NCBI GenBank assembly: GCA_037442225.1
Contig: JBBIQQ010000001.1
Coordinates: forward strand, 1 to 53,331
Length of the DNA stretch: 53,331 bases
Origin: Nitrospirota bacterium
GTDB taxonomy: Bacteria; Nitrospirota; Thermodesulfovibrionia; Thermodesulfovibrionales; Dissulfurispiraceae
Direction of reading: 5' to 3'
The translations under genes were made by a program, and so were the position numbers. Every line of letters begins with the position of its first letter. The first letter of the stretch is position 1. The notes beneath the pieces were generated by a model that ran no database searches, was not told the DNA's origin, and saw only the letters and a list, made by a program, of their open reading frames with translations. Positions 18,795 to 28,086 of this stretch are shown one piece after another.

Positions 18795-19523
18795 TCAGAA
18801 CGGCCATATGTTGTCCAGCAAACGTACGAGCCATCCCTGAGACTGCTTGTCGCCAATGACGCCGTCACCGACCATATAAATTTGTGCATCGCCGACATTT
18901 TGCGACAGCACGGTATTACCAGGGGTGATATCATCGGGCCTGACGATACCTCTCAGCACGATGATTTCCTTTTCATTGTTGACAATGAGTTCCTTGCGGG
19001 ACTCCAGAACCATATTCCCGTTCGGCAGCACTTCAACGACCTTTGCTGTTATACGCGCCGTAAGAGTTCCCTGTCTTGCGGTATCGCCCGTCCCCTTGTA
19101 GCTCGATGTATTGGATCCTTTAGCGTGCGGTGAAAAGACGGCACCTGGCGCATATTGTCCCGCAAGAATAGGCAGCTTGTGGATGCCGAAATCCTTCTTC
19201 ATGCCAAAAATATCGTCTATGGAGTACTCTGCGGATGAGTTGCCGCTCGTATTCGTAGTCGCCTTTTTTGAAGCCGAAGTTGCCTCGGTTATCAGAATAG
19301 TGACAAGGTCATTCACCTGGCGTGCGCGCCGGTCGCTGAACAGCGATTTGTTGTCGCGCCAGAGAGAGCCCTCAGTGCTTGCCGGAGATGGTTCCTTCAC
19401 ATCGACATACCTAGGCGGCATGGGAGCCTCTCTGATTTCCCGAGCATCTTTGAGTCCGTTGCATCCTTGAAGCAATAAAGCAACAAATATAGCATAAGTT
19501 ATTGTTTTGTTTGATTTCATCAT
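18795..19523 (-). CDS. flgH: L-ring lipoprotein
   Basis: Lipobox LLQGC; GSLW...LFSDRRA...; C-terminal GWL.R..D..WPF. Confidence 0.9.
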   Translation of the reverse strand: MMKSNKTITYAIFVALLLQGCNGLKDAREIREAPMPPRYVDVKEPSPASTEGSLWRDNKSLFSDRRARQVNDLVTILITEATSASKKATTNTSGNSSAEYSIDDIFGMKKDFGIHKLPILAGQYAPGAVFSPHAKGSNTSSYKGTGDTARQGTLTARITAKVVEVLPNGNMVLESRKELIVNNEKEIIVLRGIVRPDDITPGNTVLSQNVGDAQIYMVGDGVIGDKQSQGWLVRLLDNIWPF

Positions 19524-20233
19524 ATCTTTACCCTCACGGTATCGCTCGACATCAAAACTCCCATTATCTCCTTTTTTGACGCTTCGCAGTAAACGCGAAC
19601 GGTGCTGCCGACGGTTCCTTCAGAACGCAAAACACCCTTGGTCGTGATAAACACGGAACCGCTGTCAATCTCAACCCTGACCTTCTGTCCGCGCTTCACC
19701 AAACCCGCTATCGCAAAAAAATCCCTCTTCAGCACAAGACCCTCGGTAAGATTGATTCTGAGGGGTTTGTCCAGCAGGTCGTTTTTGTTCATCACGGCCC
19801 CGACCGGAAGGCGGGAGGCTCTCTGCCGGATTAAATAGAAATCGCTATCGCCAAGAATTGTACCCTTCGGAAGCGGCTTGGCAGTAATGAAAACATCTAC
19901 CAGCGATTCATAGAGCACCTCAACGCCTAGTTTGCGAACAGTGTCCCGCTTGTCGAGGAGTTCAACGTTGTAATTTATGCGGTTTCTTCCCCCATACCCA
20001 TCAAAAGAGACGGCTCCAATCCGGTACATGCCTTCTGCGGCAAGCAGTTCCTCCCCATAAAGCACGCGGATGTCCTGCAATTCGACATCACCAGGGACAG
20101 CATCTCGAATTTCCTGCGCGAGACGGGAACGCAGTTGATCGACAAGCGGCGTCGCGCCTGCCAATCCCGTAAAGATAAGACTCCAGAGAATCACCGCCAG
20201 CGTGATGAAAACAATATGAATGTTTCGCCTCAT
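19520..20233 (-). CDS. flgA: P-ring assembly chaperone FlgA
   Basis: Signal peptide, SAF/FlgA-type C-terminus (G..V.V......V...G). Confidence 0.75.
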   Translation of the reverse strand: MRRNIHIVFITLAVILWSLIFTGLAGATPLVDQLRSRLAQEIRDAVPGDVELQDIRVLYGEELLAAEGMYRIGAVSFDGYGGRNRINYNVELLDKRDTVRKLGVEVLYESLVDVFITAKPLPKGTILGDSDFYLIRQRASRLPVGAVMNKNDLLDKPLRINLTEGLVLKRDFFAIAGLVKRGQKVRVEIDSGSVFITTKGVLRSEGTVGSTVRVYCEASKKEIMGVLMSSDTVRVKI

Positions 20234-20238
20234 GTCAT

Positions 20239-21027
20239 TTACCGTTTAAGTCCAATTGTTGTCTGCAGCATTTCGTCGGATGTCTGGACCGACTTGGAAT
20301 TCGTGTCAAACGCACGTTGCGCGATAATCAGATTCGCAAGTTCTTCAACGACGTTAACGTTGGAATGTTCAAGAAATCCCTGATTCAGCGTGCCGCGGCC
20401 CTCAAGCCCAGGCTGTCCAGTAATGGGGTCTCCTGACGCATCAGTCTGGAGAAAAAGGTTTTTCCCGACCGCAAGAAGTCCTGCAGGGTTAATGAAGCGT
20501 GATATTTCGATGGTTCCCACCTGAGTTGGCGTCGTGGAGCCACCCTGTAAAATGGATACCACACCGTCCTGACTTATCGTAATGCTCACGGTATCGCTCG
20601 GAAGAGTAATTGCCGGCTCAAGCGGCAAACCGTCGGCATTGACGATGCGGCCGGTATTGTCCAGCTTGAAGGCACCCGCCCGGGAATATGCAACGGTGCC
20701 ATCGGGACGGTTGATCTGGAAAAAACCCTCCCCTTCGATGACGATATCGAGCGAGTTCCCGGTTGGAATGAAGTCGCCCTGGGTAAAGTGCTTTACGATT
20801 GCGGCAGGTTTTACCCCAAGACCGACCTGCAAGCCGACCGGGAACTGATTGCCTTCCGATGATGTTCCGCCCGGTGTTCTGAGCGTCTGGTAGAGCAAAT
20901 CCTGAAACTCAGCCCTGCCTTTTTTATATCCGGTTGTATTGATGTTGGCAATGTTATTCGAAATGACATCAACATTCAGTGACTGTGCCTGCATTCCGGT
21001 AGCAGCGGTAAACAATGAACGAATCAT
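20239..21027 (-). CDS. flgG: Distal rod protein
   Basis: [15 protein letters not shown]...[11 protein letters not shown]; C-terminal [20 protein letters not shown]. Confidence 0.95.
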   Translation of the reverse strand: MIRSLFTAATGMQAQSLNVDVISNNIANINTTGYKKGRAEFQDLLYQTLRTPGGTSSEGNQFPVGLQVGLGVKPAAIVKHFTQGDFIPTGNSLDIVIEGEGFFQINRPDGTVAYSRAGAFKLDNTGRIVNADGLPLEPAITLPSDTVSITISQDGVVSILQGGSTTPTQVGTIEISRFINPAGLLAVGKNLFLQTDASGDPITGQPGLEGRGTLNQGFLEHSNVNVVEELANLIIAQRAFDTNSKSVQTSDEMLQTTIGLKR

Positions 21028-21036
21028 GAAATCCTC

Positions 21037-21786
21037 CTAAGCCCCTGGCTTTCCGATATCGGTAACAGCTCTCTGGGCAAGATCGTTGAAATTCTGAATG
21101 ACTTTATGAGACATTTCATACTGCCGAAGCGCCGAAATCATATTTACGAGCTCATTAACCGGATTTACATTGGAACGCTCAAGAACTCCCTGGGAAACTT
21201 CAAAATCGACAGCATCAGTTTCTGTGCCGGTAAAAAGGGAGCCGCCGGCATGGCGGATATCGGACAGCTTTGAAACTTTCAGTTCAGCAATAAGAGTATT
21301 GGACTTCTGCTGCACATTGAGCAAATAGATATTGCCATCCGATGATACGCTTAACGTCCCCTCGGTGTTGTCAATCACAACAGGCTGATTGCCCCTGTCC
21401 ATGACCCGGTAGCCATCCGGCGTTGAGAGAAATCCGTCGCGGCTCAGCACAAATGCCCCATTCCGCGTGTAGAACTGCTGACCATTCTTCTCGACAACAA
21501 AAAAAGCGTCTGCGCTCAGGGCGAAATCAAGAGGATTGCCCGTTGTCTGAAACGCCCCGGCGGTCGAGTCAATCGCAAATTTGCCGGTGGATGTCATTGT
21601 TCTGGCATTTGGGTAAACCGAAGGAGGAGCCTGCTGAATTCCTTCTAACGCAGGATAGAAGCGGGATGACAGAATAGTTCTCTTAAAACCGCTCGTATTG
21701 ACATTCGCCAAATTATTGGCGACGTTGTCCATCTCGTTGCTTCGCTGAATGGCTCCCGTTGCCGCAATATACATGCCCTTATACAT
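21037..21786 (-). CDS. flgF: Proximal rod protein
   Basis: MYKGMYIAATGA...NLANVNTSGFK; C-terminal SNVNPVNELVNMISALRQYE. Start moved to ATG 21786 because the track extension overlaps the sigma54 promoter. Confidence 0.85.
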   Translation of the reverse strand: MYKGMYIAATGAIQRSNEMDNVANNLANVNTSGFKRTILSSRFYPALEGIQQAPPSVYPNARTMTSTGKFAIDSTAGAFQTTGNPLDFALSADAFFVVEKNGQQFYTRNGAFVLSRDGFLSTPDGYRVMDRGNQPVVIDNTEGTLSVSSDGNIYLLNVQQKSNTLIAELKVSKLSDIRHAGGSLFTGTETDAVDFEVSQGVLERSNVNPVNELVNMISALRQYEMSHKVIQNFNDLAQRAVTDIGKPGA

Positions 21787-21823
21787 TCTGTCGGCCCCCG
21801 TTGTAAAGAGATTATTTATATCA

Positions 21824-21839
21824 AGCAATTAAAGTGCCA
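21824..21839 (-). promoter_or_regulatory. Sigma54 promoter of flgF-flgG-flgA-flgH-flgI-flgJ
   Basis: Minus strand TGGCACTTTAATTGCT (GG and GC at canonical spacing). Confidence 0.8.
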
Positions 21840-21944
21840 GGCCGTGTCAACGAACGACTGGAAAATGCAAGTATTTGAATAAACAAGATTTATAATGATA
21901 AGCCGAGGAGAAATACTAAAGCGGCAGGCAGCGGCAGCGGAAAA

Positions 21945-22154
21945 TTATGCCTTGATGTTTATGTGTTTTTTTCCGTCAGAGGATTCAGCGGAGTCCTGGT
22001 GGCGCGATTCGTGCTCCGCCTCAGGCTCCTGCGGTATTCCTTCACGCCTGGCGGCTTTTCGCCTGACACGAAGTCCGGCATAAACATATCCAGAGGCGGT
22101 TCTTGATATACCGCTTACCCGGTAGGGTTCCCGAATGCCGTCTTCCAGTGCCAT
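21945..22154 (-). CDS. Hypothetical 69-aa protein (or non-coding transcript) behind a sigma28-like promoter
   Basis: Only open frame in the 360-nt gap between HDOD and flgF: MALEDGIREPYRVSGISRTASGYVYAGLRVRRKAARREG... No family recognised, weak SD. Confidence 0.3.
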   Translation of the reverse strand: MALEDGIREPYRVSGISRTASGYVYAGLRVRRKAARREGIPQEPEAEHESRHQDSAESSDGKKHINIKA

Positions 22155-22163
22155 GATGCCTTG

Positions 22164-22190
22164 TTATCGGCGCAGAACGCAACTTCTTGA
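22164..22190 (-). promoter_or_regulatory. Sigma28-like promoter
   Basis: Minus strand TCAAGAAG-N11-GCCGATAA. The -10 is an exact consensus octamer; the -35 core is TCAA versus TAAA. It ends 9 nt before ATG 22154. Confidence 0.5.
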
Positions 22191-23033
22191 CTAATCGAGC
22201 AACTGCGCTTTCTGCTCCTGATAGGTATTTTTGAACAATGCTTCAACTGCGAAAAACTGCTTGTCACTCAGCCCAAGCACTTCAAAGGGAACCTTATGAT
22301 TGGACATTGGCATGCGCAGCCCAACGCCGAGATTTACACAGATTGAGTCTGCAACGCTTGTTATCCGACAGAGAGATTCGAGAGTCTTATCGTTCAGCAC
22401 GCTGAAGTCAGAGGCATGATGGTATTCCACCACAGCCTCAAGGTTTCTGGGCAGTTTCCACTTGCGGGCTATCAGCCCCCCGACCTGACAGTGATTGAAG
22501 CCAAGCATTTCATATTCAACCTCGGCAAATGACATCCCTGCCTCATAAACCTTTTCGACAATGACTGAATACGATTCGGGCATTGCGTTGTTCAGGATGG
22601 TCTTGCCGACATCATGAATGAGCCCCCCGATCATCGCTTCTTCGGGGGAAAGCAGTTTTGTTTCGAGAGCGAGAAGCGATGCCGCGATAGAGACACCGAG
22701 ACTGTGCTCCCAAAGACGCTGCTCAAAAAGACCGAATTTCCGATGCAGGTCTTTCAGCGATGCCGCAACAACGAGGGACTTCATGGTGTTAAACCCGATG
22801 AGCAGAATTCCGGTTGATATAGTGTCAATGCTGCGATCACGTCCGTAATACGGCGAGTTTGCGATACGGAGCAGACGGGCGGAAAACGCCTGATCGCGTC
22901 CAATGATCCTTTCCAGCTCCTTTATGGAGGAATAATCGTCATTAATCAGCTGAAGCACCTTCATCGCGATAGGCGGAAGGCTTGGAATGTCGACTGTCTC
23001 CAGAATAATTTTTTCGAGGATTTCTTCTTTCAT
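22191..23033 (-). CDS. HDOD-domain signalling protein
   Basis: LPPIAMKVLQLINDDYSS...LWEHSLGVSIAA...GLIHDVGK pattern. Start moved to ATG 23033 (GGAGG upstream). Confidence 0.8.
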   Translation of the reverse strand: MKEEILEKIILETVDIPSLPPIAMKVLQLINDDYSSIKELERIIGRDQAFSARLLRIANSPYYGRDRSIDTISTGILLIGFNTMKSLVVAASLKDLHRKFGLFEQRLWEHSLGVSIAASLLALETKLLSPEEAMIGGLIHDVGKTILNNAMPESYSVIVEKVYEAGMSFAEVEYEMLGFNHCQVGGLIARKWKLPRNLEAVVEYHHASDFSVLNDKTLESLCRITSVADSICVNLGVGLRMPMSNHKVPFEVLGLSDKQFFAVEALFKNTYQEQKAQLLD

Positions 23034-23100
23034 GCATGCCTCCATAAGCCAGTGTCTGACAGTTGATTGTAGCGCAATCGAAGATGAAATACCATACAGA

Positions 23101-24162
23101 TCAAGCCGAATTCACAATTTCCCCCGCTATTTCTTCCAGCGAGAGAATCTTGTCGGCAATCCCTGCGTCTACAACTGCCTTTGGCATGCCGTACACGACA
23201 CAGGATTCCTCATTTTGGGCAAAAATGCGACCGCCGGTTCTCTTCAACTCAGTCATGCCTTTTGCCCCGTCGTTTCCCATCCCCGTCAGAATGACTCCCA
23301 GAGCCCTTCCGGGGAAAGTCTCCGCAACGGAAAGCATAAGAGCGTCGACAGAAGGGCGATAGATGAAATTTTCGCGATCATCTGAAATTGTCACCACAGT
23401 CTCGATTCCCCGTTTGCGGATGACCCGCATATGCCCGCCTCCGGGAGATACCAAGGCAAGACCGGGGCGAAGCGCATCGCCCTCTTTTGCCTCACGCACC
23501 TCTATTTTGCTGAGCTGGTTCAGCCGCTCGGCAAACGGGCCGGTAAAATTCGGAGGCATGTGCTGCGCGATGACAATGGGGAGCGGGAACTCTTTTGGAA
23601 GATTCGGCAATATTTCCTGAAGAGCCTTGGGGCCGCCGGTCGATGTTCCAATGGCAACCACCCCAGCACGGCGATCTCCTGTCGTCCTCATAACCGGCGA
23701 AGCGGAAGTTCGAGCCTGCGAAGCACTTGGTGGGCGCACCGCCGGACGGAAGGCACGACGGGTGACTCCCTGCTTGGCAAGCTGCTTGATTTTATCGATC
23801 AACACTTCCTTCAGGCGGAGAATATTCAGCGACAGATCCGAAAGATTTTTTGGAATGAAATCAACAGCCCCGATTTCTAGCGCTTCCAGCGTCGCATGAG
23901 CGCCTTCGGTTGTCAGAGAGCTTACCATGATGACAGGAACCGGCGTATTCGTCATGATATGCCGCAACGCTGAAATGCCGTCCATGCGGGGCATTTCAAT
24001 ATCCATTGTCACAATATCAGGCTTCAGCTGCACGATTTTTTCAATCGCCTCAAGCCCGTCCCGGGCCACTCCGACAATCTGAATTTCGGGATCCGACTGC
24101 AGCATGTTTGAGAGAGCGCTCCGCATGAACGCGGAATCATCAACAACAAGAACTCTAACCAT
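23101..24162 (-). CDS. cheB: Chemotaxis methylesterase/deamidase CheB
   Basis: REC (VLVVDDSAFMR...MDIEMPRMDG) plus esterase domain (GTSTGGPKAL, GMGNDGA). Confidence 0.95.
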   Translation of the reverse strand: MVRVLVVDDSAFMRSALSNMLQSDPEIQIVGVARDGLEAIEKIVQLKPDIVTMDIEMPRMDGISALRHIMTNTPVPVIMVSSLTTEGAHATLEALEIGAVDFIPKNLSDLSLNILRLKEVLIDKIKQLAKQGVTRRAFRPAVRPPSASQARTSASPVMRTTGDRRAGVVAIGTSTGGPKALQEILPNLPKEFPLPIVIAQHMPPNFTGPFAERLNQLSKIEVREAKEGDALRPGLALVSPGGGHMRVIRKRGIETVVTISDDRENFIYRPSVDALMLSVAETFPGRALGVILTGMGNDGAKGMTELKRTGGRIFAQNEESCVVYGMPKAVVDAGIADKILSLEEIAGEIVNSA

Positions 24163-24214
24163 AAAACCCCTTGTTCATAAATTATTAGAATACCCCTCTT
24201 GCTGCAGACGCATT

Positions 24215-24415
24215 CTAGAAGCCGAAATCCTTGAGCAGATCGTCAACACCTTCCTGCGAGACTTTGTCCGCGCTGGTGCCAGGACCATAATAGGCCGCTT
24301 CTTTTGCCGGCTCCATCTTGACGCCAAAAGTTGCAATCAGGCGGACAAGTTCACTCTCAATCTCTCCAACCAGATTAATAACCTTCTTGATGCTCTGTCC
24401 TGTGAGATCCTGAAA
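24215..24415 (-). other. In-frame continuation of the CheZ domain behind TAG 24416..24418: catalytic motif and CheY-P-binding C-terminal peptide
   Basis: Own translation: FQDLTGQSIKKVINLVGEIESELVRLIATFGVKMEPAKEAAYYGPGTSADKVSQEGVDDLLKDFGF, then TAG at 24215..24217. Confidence 0.85.
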
Positions 24416-25414
24416 CTACTGGGTTGTCAGGATTTCAGTCAGATCGTCCTCAAGCGAGTTTTTGAACGATTTCATGAAGGCGACCGATTCCTCGGGTCCC
24501 GTCATCCTTCGCAAATGAGAAGAGAAGTCATCCATCGCAAGGATATATTTTTCGACGATATTCATTGTCTTGTTCGCCGCGGCTTCCGTCCGGTCGATGA
24601 CGAGTTGCAGCTGATCAACAGCATTCGGCATCTCGGTGACAGCCATATCCTTCAGTTTCGGATCAAGCGCCTCCTTGAAGCTCCGGATCGAGTCATGCAG
24701 TTTGCGCGTAACCTTGCCGACCTCCTTGAACAGTCCGGCATCGCCGAAGCTCATAATCGACTGCATCGCTTCGTCAGCCTTGTCGTAGTCCTGATTCGAC
24801 ACTGCCGTCATGAACTCAACCAGCCGTTCGAACATCACCTGATTTGAAACGTGCCGACCACCGGACTTGCTCTCAAAATATGCCTTTGCATCCACAATTT
24901 CTTTGACAAGCACTTCACCGCCCATGGTCTGGACATGTTTGACAACTTCTACCTTCTCATCTCCCACATCACCGACATTCATCACCTGTTCTTCAAGCAT
25001 GGCCACATCCTCGCCCGGCACAAGCTTTCTGGTGTCAATAAGCACCACAAGACGGTCGTTGACTCTGGCAACTCCTTGCACCTGCTCGATATTTCCCTGC
25101 AGGAAGTTCTCGGCAGGCTCAATTTGATCTTCTTCTATCGTGATGACGCCGGTGATTCCATCGATTAAAACGCCGAAGGTCATGCGTCCGCTTGAAACGA
25201 CAATGACCTTCTGTCCGGGCTCGCTTTCTTCAAGCCCGACAAGCTTTTTCAAATTCACAATGGGAATAATGCGTCCGCGAAGGTTTGTAACACCATCTAT
25301 GTAATTCGGCGCCTGGGGAAGTTTTGTAAGTTGCGGCCGGTTGATAATCTCCTGAACCTTCAGGATTGGAATGGTGTATTCGCAACCATTCATGATGAAA
25401 CCTATATGTTGCAT
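24416..25414 (-). CDS. CheW domain (aa ~1-135) fused to the N-terminal part of a CheZ-like phosphatase; the ORF as called ends at an internal TAG
   Basis: CheW: IPILKVQEIINRPQLTKLPQAPNYIDGVTNLRGRIIPIVNLK. CheZ: VGKVTRKLHDSIRSF...MPNAVDQLQLVIDRTEAAANKTMNIVE. Confidence 0.9.
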   Translation of the reverse strand: MQHIGFIMNGCEYTIPILKVQEIINRPQLTKLPQAPNYIDGVTNLRGRIIPIVNLKKLVGLEESEPGQKVIVVSSGRMTFGVLIDGITGVITIEEDQIEPAENFLQGNIEQVQGVARVNDRLVVLIDTRKLVPGEDVAMLEEQVMNVGDVGDEKVEVVKHVQTMGGEVLVKEIVDAKAYFESKSGGRHVSNQVMFERLVEFMTAVSNQDYDKADEAMQSIMSFGDAGLFKEVGKVTRKLHDSIRSFKEALDPKLKDMAVTEMPNAVDQLQLVIDRTEAAANKTMNIVEKYILAMDDFSSHLRRMTGPEESVAFMKSFKNSLEDDLTEILTTQ

Positions 25415-25454
25415 AAAGCCTCCGTATCGGTCATAATTTCAGGGACAAACCGGC

Positions 25455-27257
25455 CTATTTTCTGCCGGCGAGAAACATTCTGCGGGCGATAACCGCAAGA
25501 TCGAGAATCAGCACAACGCGCCCGTCGCCGGTAATCGTGGCACCCAGTATCCCGCACTCCTCAGATTCTACGCCATTAATCGTCTTGATGACTACTTCTT
25601 CCTGACCTATGAGCTCGTCAACAGCAATACAGAAACGCCGGTCAGCCACCGAGGCCACGAGCACATAGCTGTTTTCCTGATCCTGTGCAGTCCGTGAGCG
25701 CACGCCGAGAACTTCCGACATGACAAAGAGCGGCAGGACTTTTCCCCGAATCGTCAGGACTTGTTGACCGGTAACATTTTTAATGTCGCTTCGCTTGACC
25801 CGAAGCGTCTCCTCAATCATGGATTGCGGCAAGGCGTAGCGCTCCTGCCCGATCCGTATCATCATCGCCTGAATGATGGCGAGTGTCAGCGGCAGGCTGA
25901 TGCGGAAGGTGCTCCCGACATCTTTTTTTGTGACAACCTCGACATAGCCGTTCAGCTTCGCCACGTTCGTCTTGACAACATCCATGCCGACACCGCGGCC
26001 GCTCAATTCCGTCGACACCTCTTTGGTCGAAAAACCAGGAAGAAATATCAGATCAATTGCAGTTTCATCCGACATTTTTTCCGCATCCTCTTCGGAGACA
26101 AGGCCGTTCTTTATTGCCTTGCGCCTGACCGCATCGACATCAATGCCCCGGCCGTCATCGGTCACTTCAATGACAATCTGGGTTCCCTGCTGAACAGCGC
26201 TGATGATAATGCGCCCATTGCGGGACTTACCCTTTACTTCACGCTCAGCATTGTTTTCCAGTCCATGGTCAATGGAGTTGCGGATAATATGGACCATCGG
26301 GTCGCCGATGTTCTCAATGACGCTCTTATCTACTTCGGTATCTTCGCCGAAGATTTCGAGATCGATATCCTTGCCGAGCTGACGGGACATATCGCGAACC
26401 ATGCGCGGAAACTTGGAAAAGACTTTTGCAATCGGCTGCATGCGTATTTTCATGACCGCAAGCTGCAGGTCGGATGTAACGCGGTCGAGAAAGCTGGTCG
26501 TCTCAAGCAGTCCCTCGATATTCTGGTCGCCGCTGTATGTCTGCTCGATCTTCACCGCCAGATTCAGCAGACGATTTCTGGCAAGAACGATCTCGCCCGC
26601 TAGATCCATCACTTTGTCGATGCGGTTCACATCAACCCGGAGCGTCTGAACAACCTCCCGCTCCCTGCTCGTCTGCTGAGGCTGTTCTTCAATGCCTGCC
26701 TGCGGCTTTGGAGGAGGCGGCATGTCATCATTCCGTGTTTCGGCAACAATGTCCTGCTCCGGAGATCTGGCGGACTCCTGCGGCTCAACCTGCGGGACAG
26801 AGGCCTCAGCGACGATAAACGCAGAGGGCGAAGCAGCATAATGCGCGGCAGTGGAAGCCTCAACAGCCATAGGGGCGTCCATTGCGGCATCAAGCCGCTG
26901 CAGCAGTTCGGAAATGTCCTCCTCCGCACCATCGCGCAACTTGACATGCCCAATCAAAACGCGAAGCATATCAACACTGTTGAGAATAGTATCCATCAGT
27001 ACCGGCGAAGGAGCAATGCAGCCTTCGCGAATCCGTTTCATGATGCTTTCCGCACGATGGGCAACATCGATGATCTGCTGAAATCCCAAAAAGCCGGCGG
27101 CGCCCTTCAGCGTATGCATCCCCCTGAATATTTCATTCAGCATCTCTTTATCGTATCCGCGCGACTCCAGCTCAACGAACAGGGGATCGATACGGTCGAG
27201 CGTCTCCTCCGCCTCCGTAACGAATTCCGATATTATTTCGTCCATCTCATCGGCCAT
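25455..27257 (-). CDS. cheA: Chemotaxis histidine kinase CheA
   Basis: Hpt HTLKGAAGFLG, dimerisation and HATPase (DDGRGID, GRGVGMDVV) domains, C-terminal CheW-like domain. Confidence 0.95.
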   Translation of the reverse strand: MADEMDEIISEFVTEAEETLDRIDPLFVELESRGYDKEMLNEIFRGMHTLKGAAGFLGFQQIIDVAHRAESIMKRIREGCIAPSPVLMDTILNSVDMLRVLIGHVKLRDGAEEDISELLQRLDAAMDAPMAVEASTAAHYAASPSAFIVAEASVPQVEPQESARSPEQDIVAETRNDDMPPPPKPQAGIEEQPQQTSREREVVQTLRVDVNRIDKVMDLAGEIVLARNRLLNLAVKIEQTYSGDQNIEGLLETTSFLDRVTSDLQLAVMKIRMQPIAKVFSKFPRMVRDMSRQLGKDIDLEIFGEDTEVDKSVIENIGDPMVHIIRNSIDHGLENNAEREVKGKSRNGRIIISAVQQGTQIVIEVTDDGRGIDVDAVRRKAIKNGLVSEEDAEKMSDETAIDLIFLPGFSTKEVSTELSGRGVGMDVVKTNVAKLNGYVEVVTKKDVGSTFRISLPLTLAIIQAMMIRIGQERYALPQSMIEETLRVKRSDIKNVTGQQVLTIRGKVLPLFVMSEVLGVRSRTAQDQENSYVLVASVADRRFCIAVDELIGQEEVVIKTINGVESEECGILGATITGDGRVVLILDLAVIARRMFLAGRK

Positions 27258-27258
27258 A

Positions 27259-27666
27259 TCAGCCTCCTGCTTTCAACGACGGTTTCCTCTCCGCTATCTT
27301 CTCGAGCTTTTCCTTAAGAACTTCAGCGGTAAACGGTTTCACGACATAATTGTCGACTCCCGCCTTAATTGCTTCGATAACCTTTTCCTTTTCAGCTTCG
27401 GCTGTTACCATGAGAAACGGGACATCTTTCAGTGGAGGCGGCTCAGACCGTATAGCACGGAGCAAATCAATACCTTCCATATTCGGCATGTTCCAGTCAG
27501 AAATAACCAGGCCGAAACCACCGCCTTTCAGCCTGGACAACGCGGCAACGCCGTCTTCCGCTTCATCAATATTTTCGAATCCGAGTTGCTTCAAAAGGTT
27601 CTTGACAATACGACGCATCGTCGGAAAGTCATCAACAACCATCACCTTTATTTTGAAATCAAACAC
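27259..27666 (-). CDS. cheY: CheY response regulator
   Basis: [13 protein letters not shown]...[11 protein letters not shown]...VVKPFT. Probable GTG start at 27666 (GGGAGGGGA upstream); the track ATG is at 27687. Confidence 0.9.
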   Translation of the reverse strand: MFDFKIKVMVVDDFPTMRRIVKNLLKQLGFENIDEAEDGVAALSRLKGGGFGLVISDWNMPNMEGIDLLRAIRSEPPPLKDVPFLMVTAEAEKEKVIEAIKAGVDNYVVKPFTAEVLKEKLEKIAERKPSLKAGG

Positions 27667-28060
27667 CGTCTTCCCCTCCCTGTGCAAACATCTTTTTTAG
27701 AATCTTCTTGACGCTCGATGTTATCTGTTCGGCATTGGTAGGTTTCACGAGGTAATCATCCACACCCGCGGCTGCCGCTCGCTTCTTTTCTTCTTCGTCA
27801 GCCTCCGTAGTAACCATCAGAATGGGGACATGGCTCCAGTTCGGATCAGCCTTCAGCGTCTTGGTCAATTCAATGCCGTCCATAAACGGCATGTTCATGT
27901 CGGTAACCACAAGATTGATATTTTCAGTCCCCATCTTCTCAAGCGCATCGAGGCCATTTTCGGCTGTAACAACTTCATAGCCCTTGCCTTTCAGGTAGAG
28001 GCTCAGAATTTTGCGTGTTGTCTTATCATCGTCCACCACAAGAATTTTCATTAATTTCAC
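27659..28060 (-). CDS. Second single-domain CheY-like response regulator
   Basis: [13 protein letters not shown]...[12 protein letters not shown]...LVKP. Confidence 0.85.
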   Translation of the reverse strand: MKLMKILVVDDDKTTRKILSLYLKGKGYEVVTAENGLDALEKMGTENINLVVTDMNMPFMDGIELTKTLKADPNWSHVPILMVTTEADEEEKKRAAAAGVDDYLVKPTNAEQITSSVKKILKKMFAQGGEDGV

Positions 28061-28086
28061 CTCTTGAGCAACCCTGTTCTGTATAA

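Noticed and set aside
21895-22083. 62-aa plus-strand ORF in the HDOD-flgF spacer.
   Set aside because: It opposes the orientation of every other gene and has no promoter or SD. The overlapping minus-strand ORF has a consensus sigma28 -10 directly upstream.
24416-24418. Genome-wide reassignment of TAG as a sense codon, as an explanation for the CheZ interruption.
   Set aside because: TAG ends several well-defined genes at family-typical C-termini: the response regulator at 2136, the iscS-like gene at 3670, HDOD at 22191, fliN at 38682 and flgE at 40807. It also ends the CheZ tail itself at 24215. Only site-specific readthrough, a mutation or an error remains plausible.
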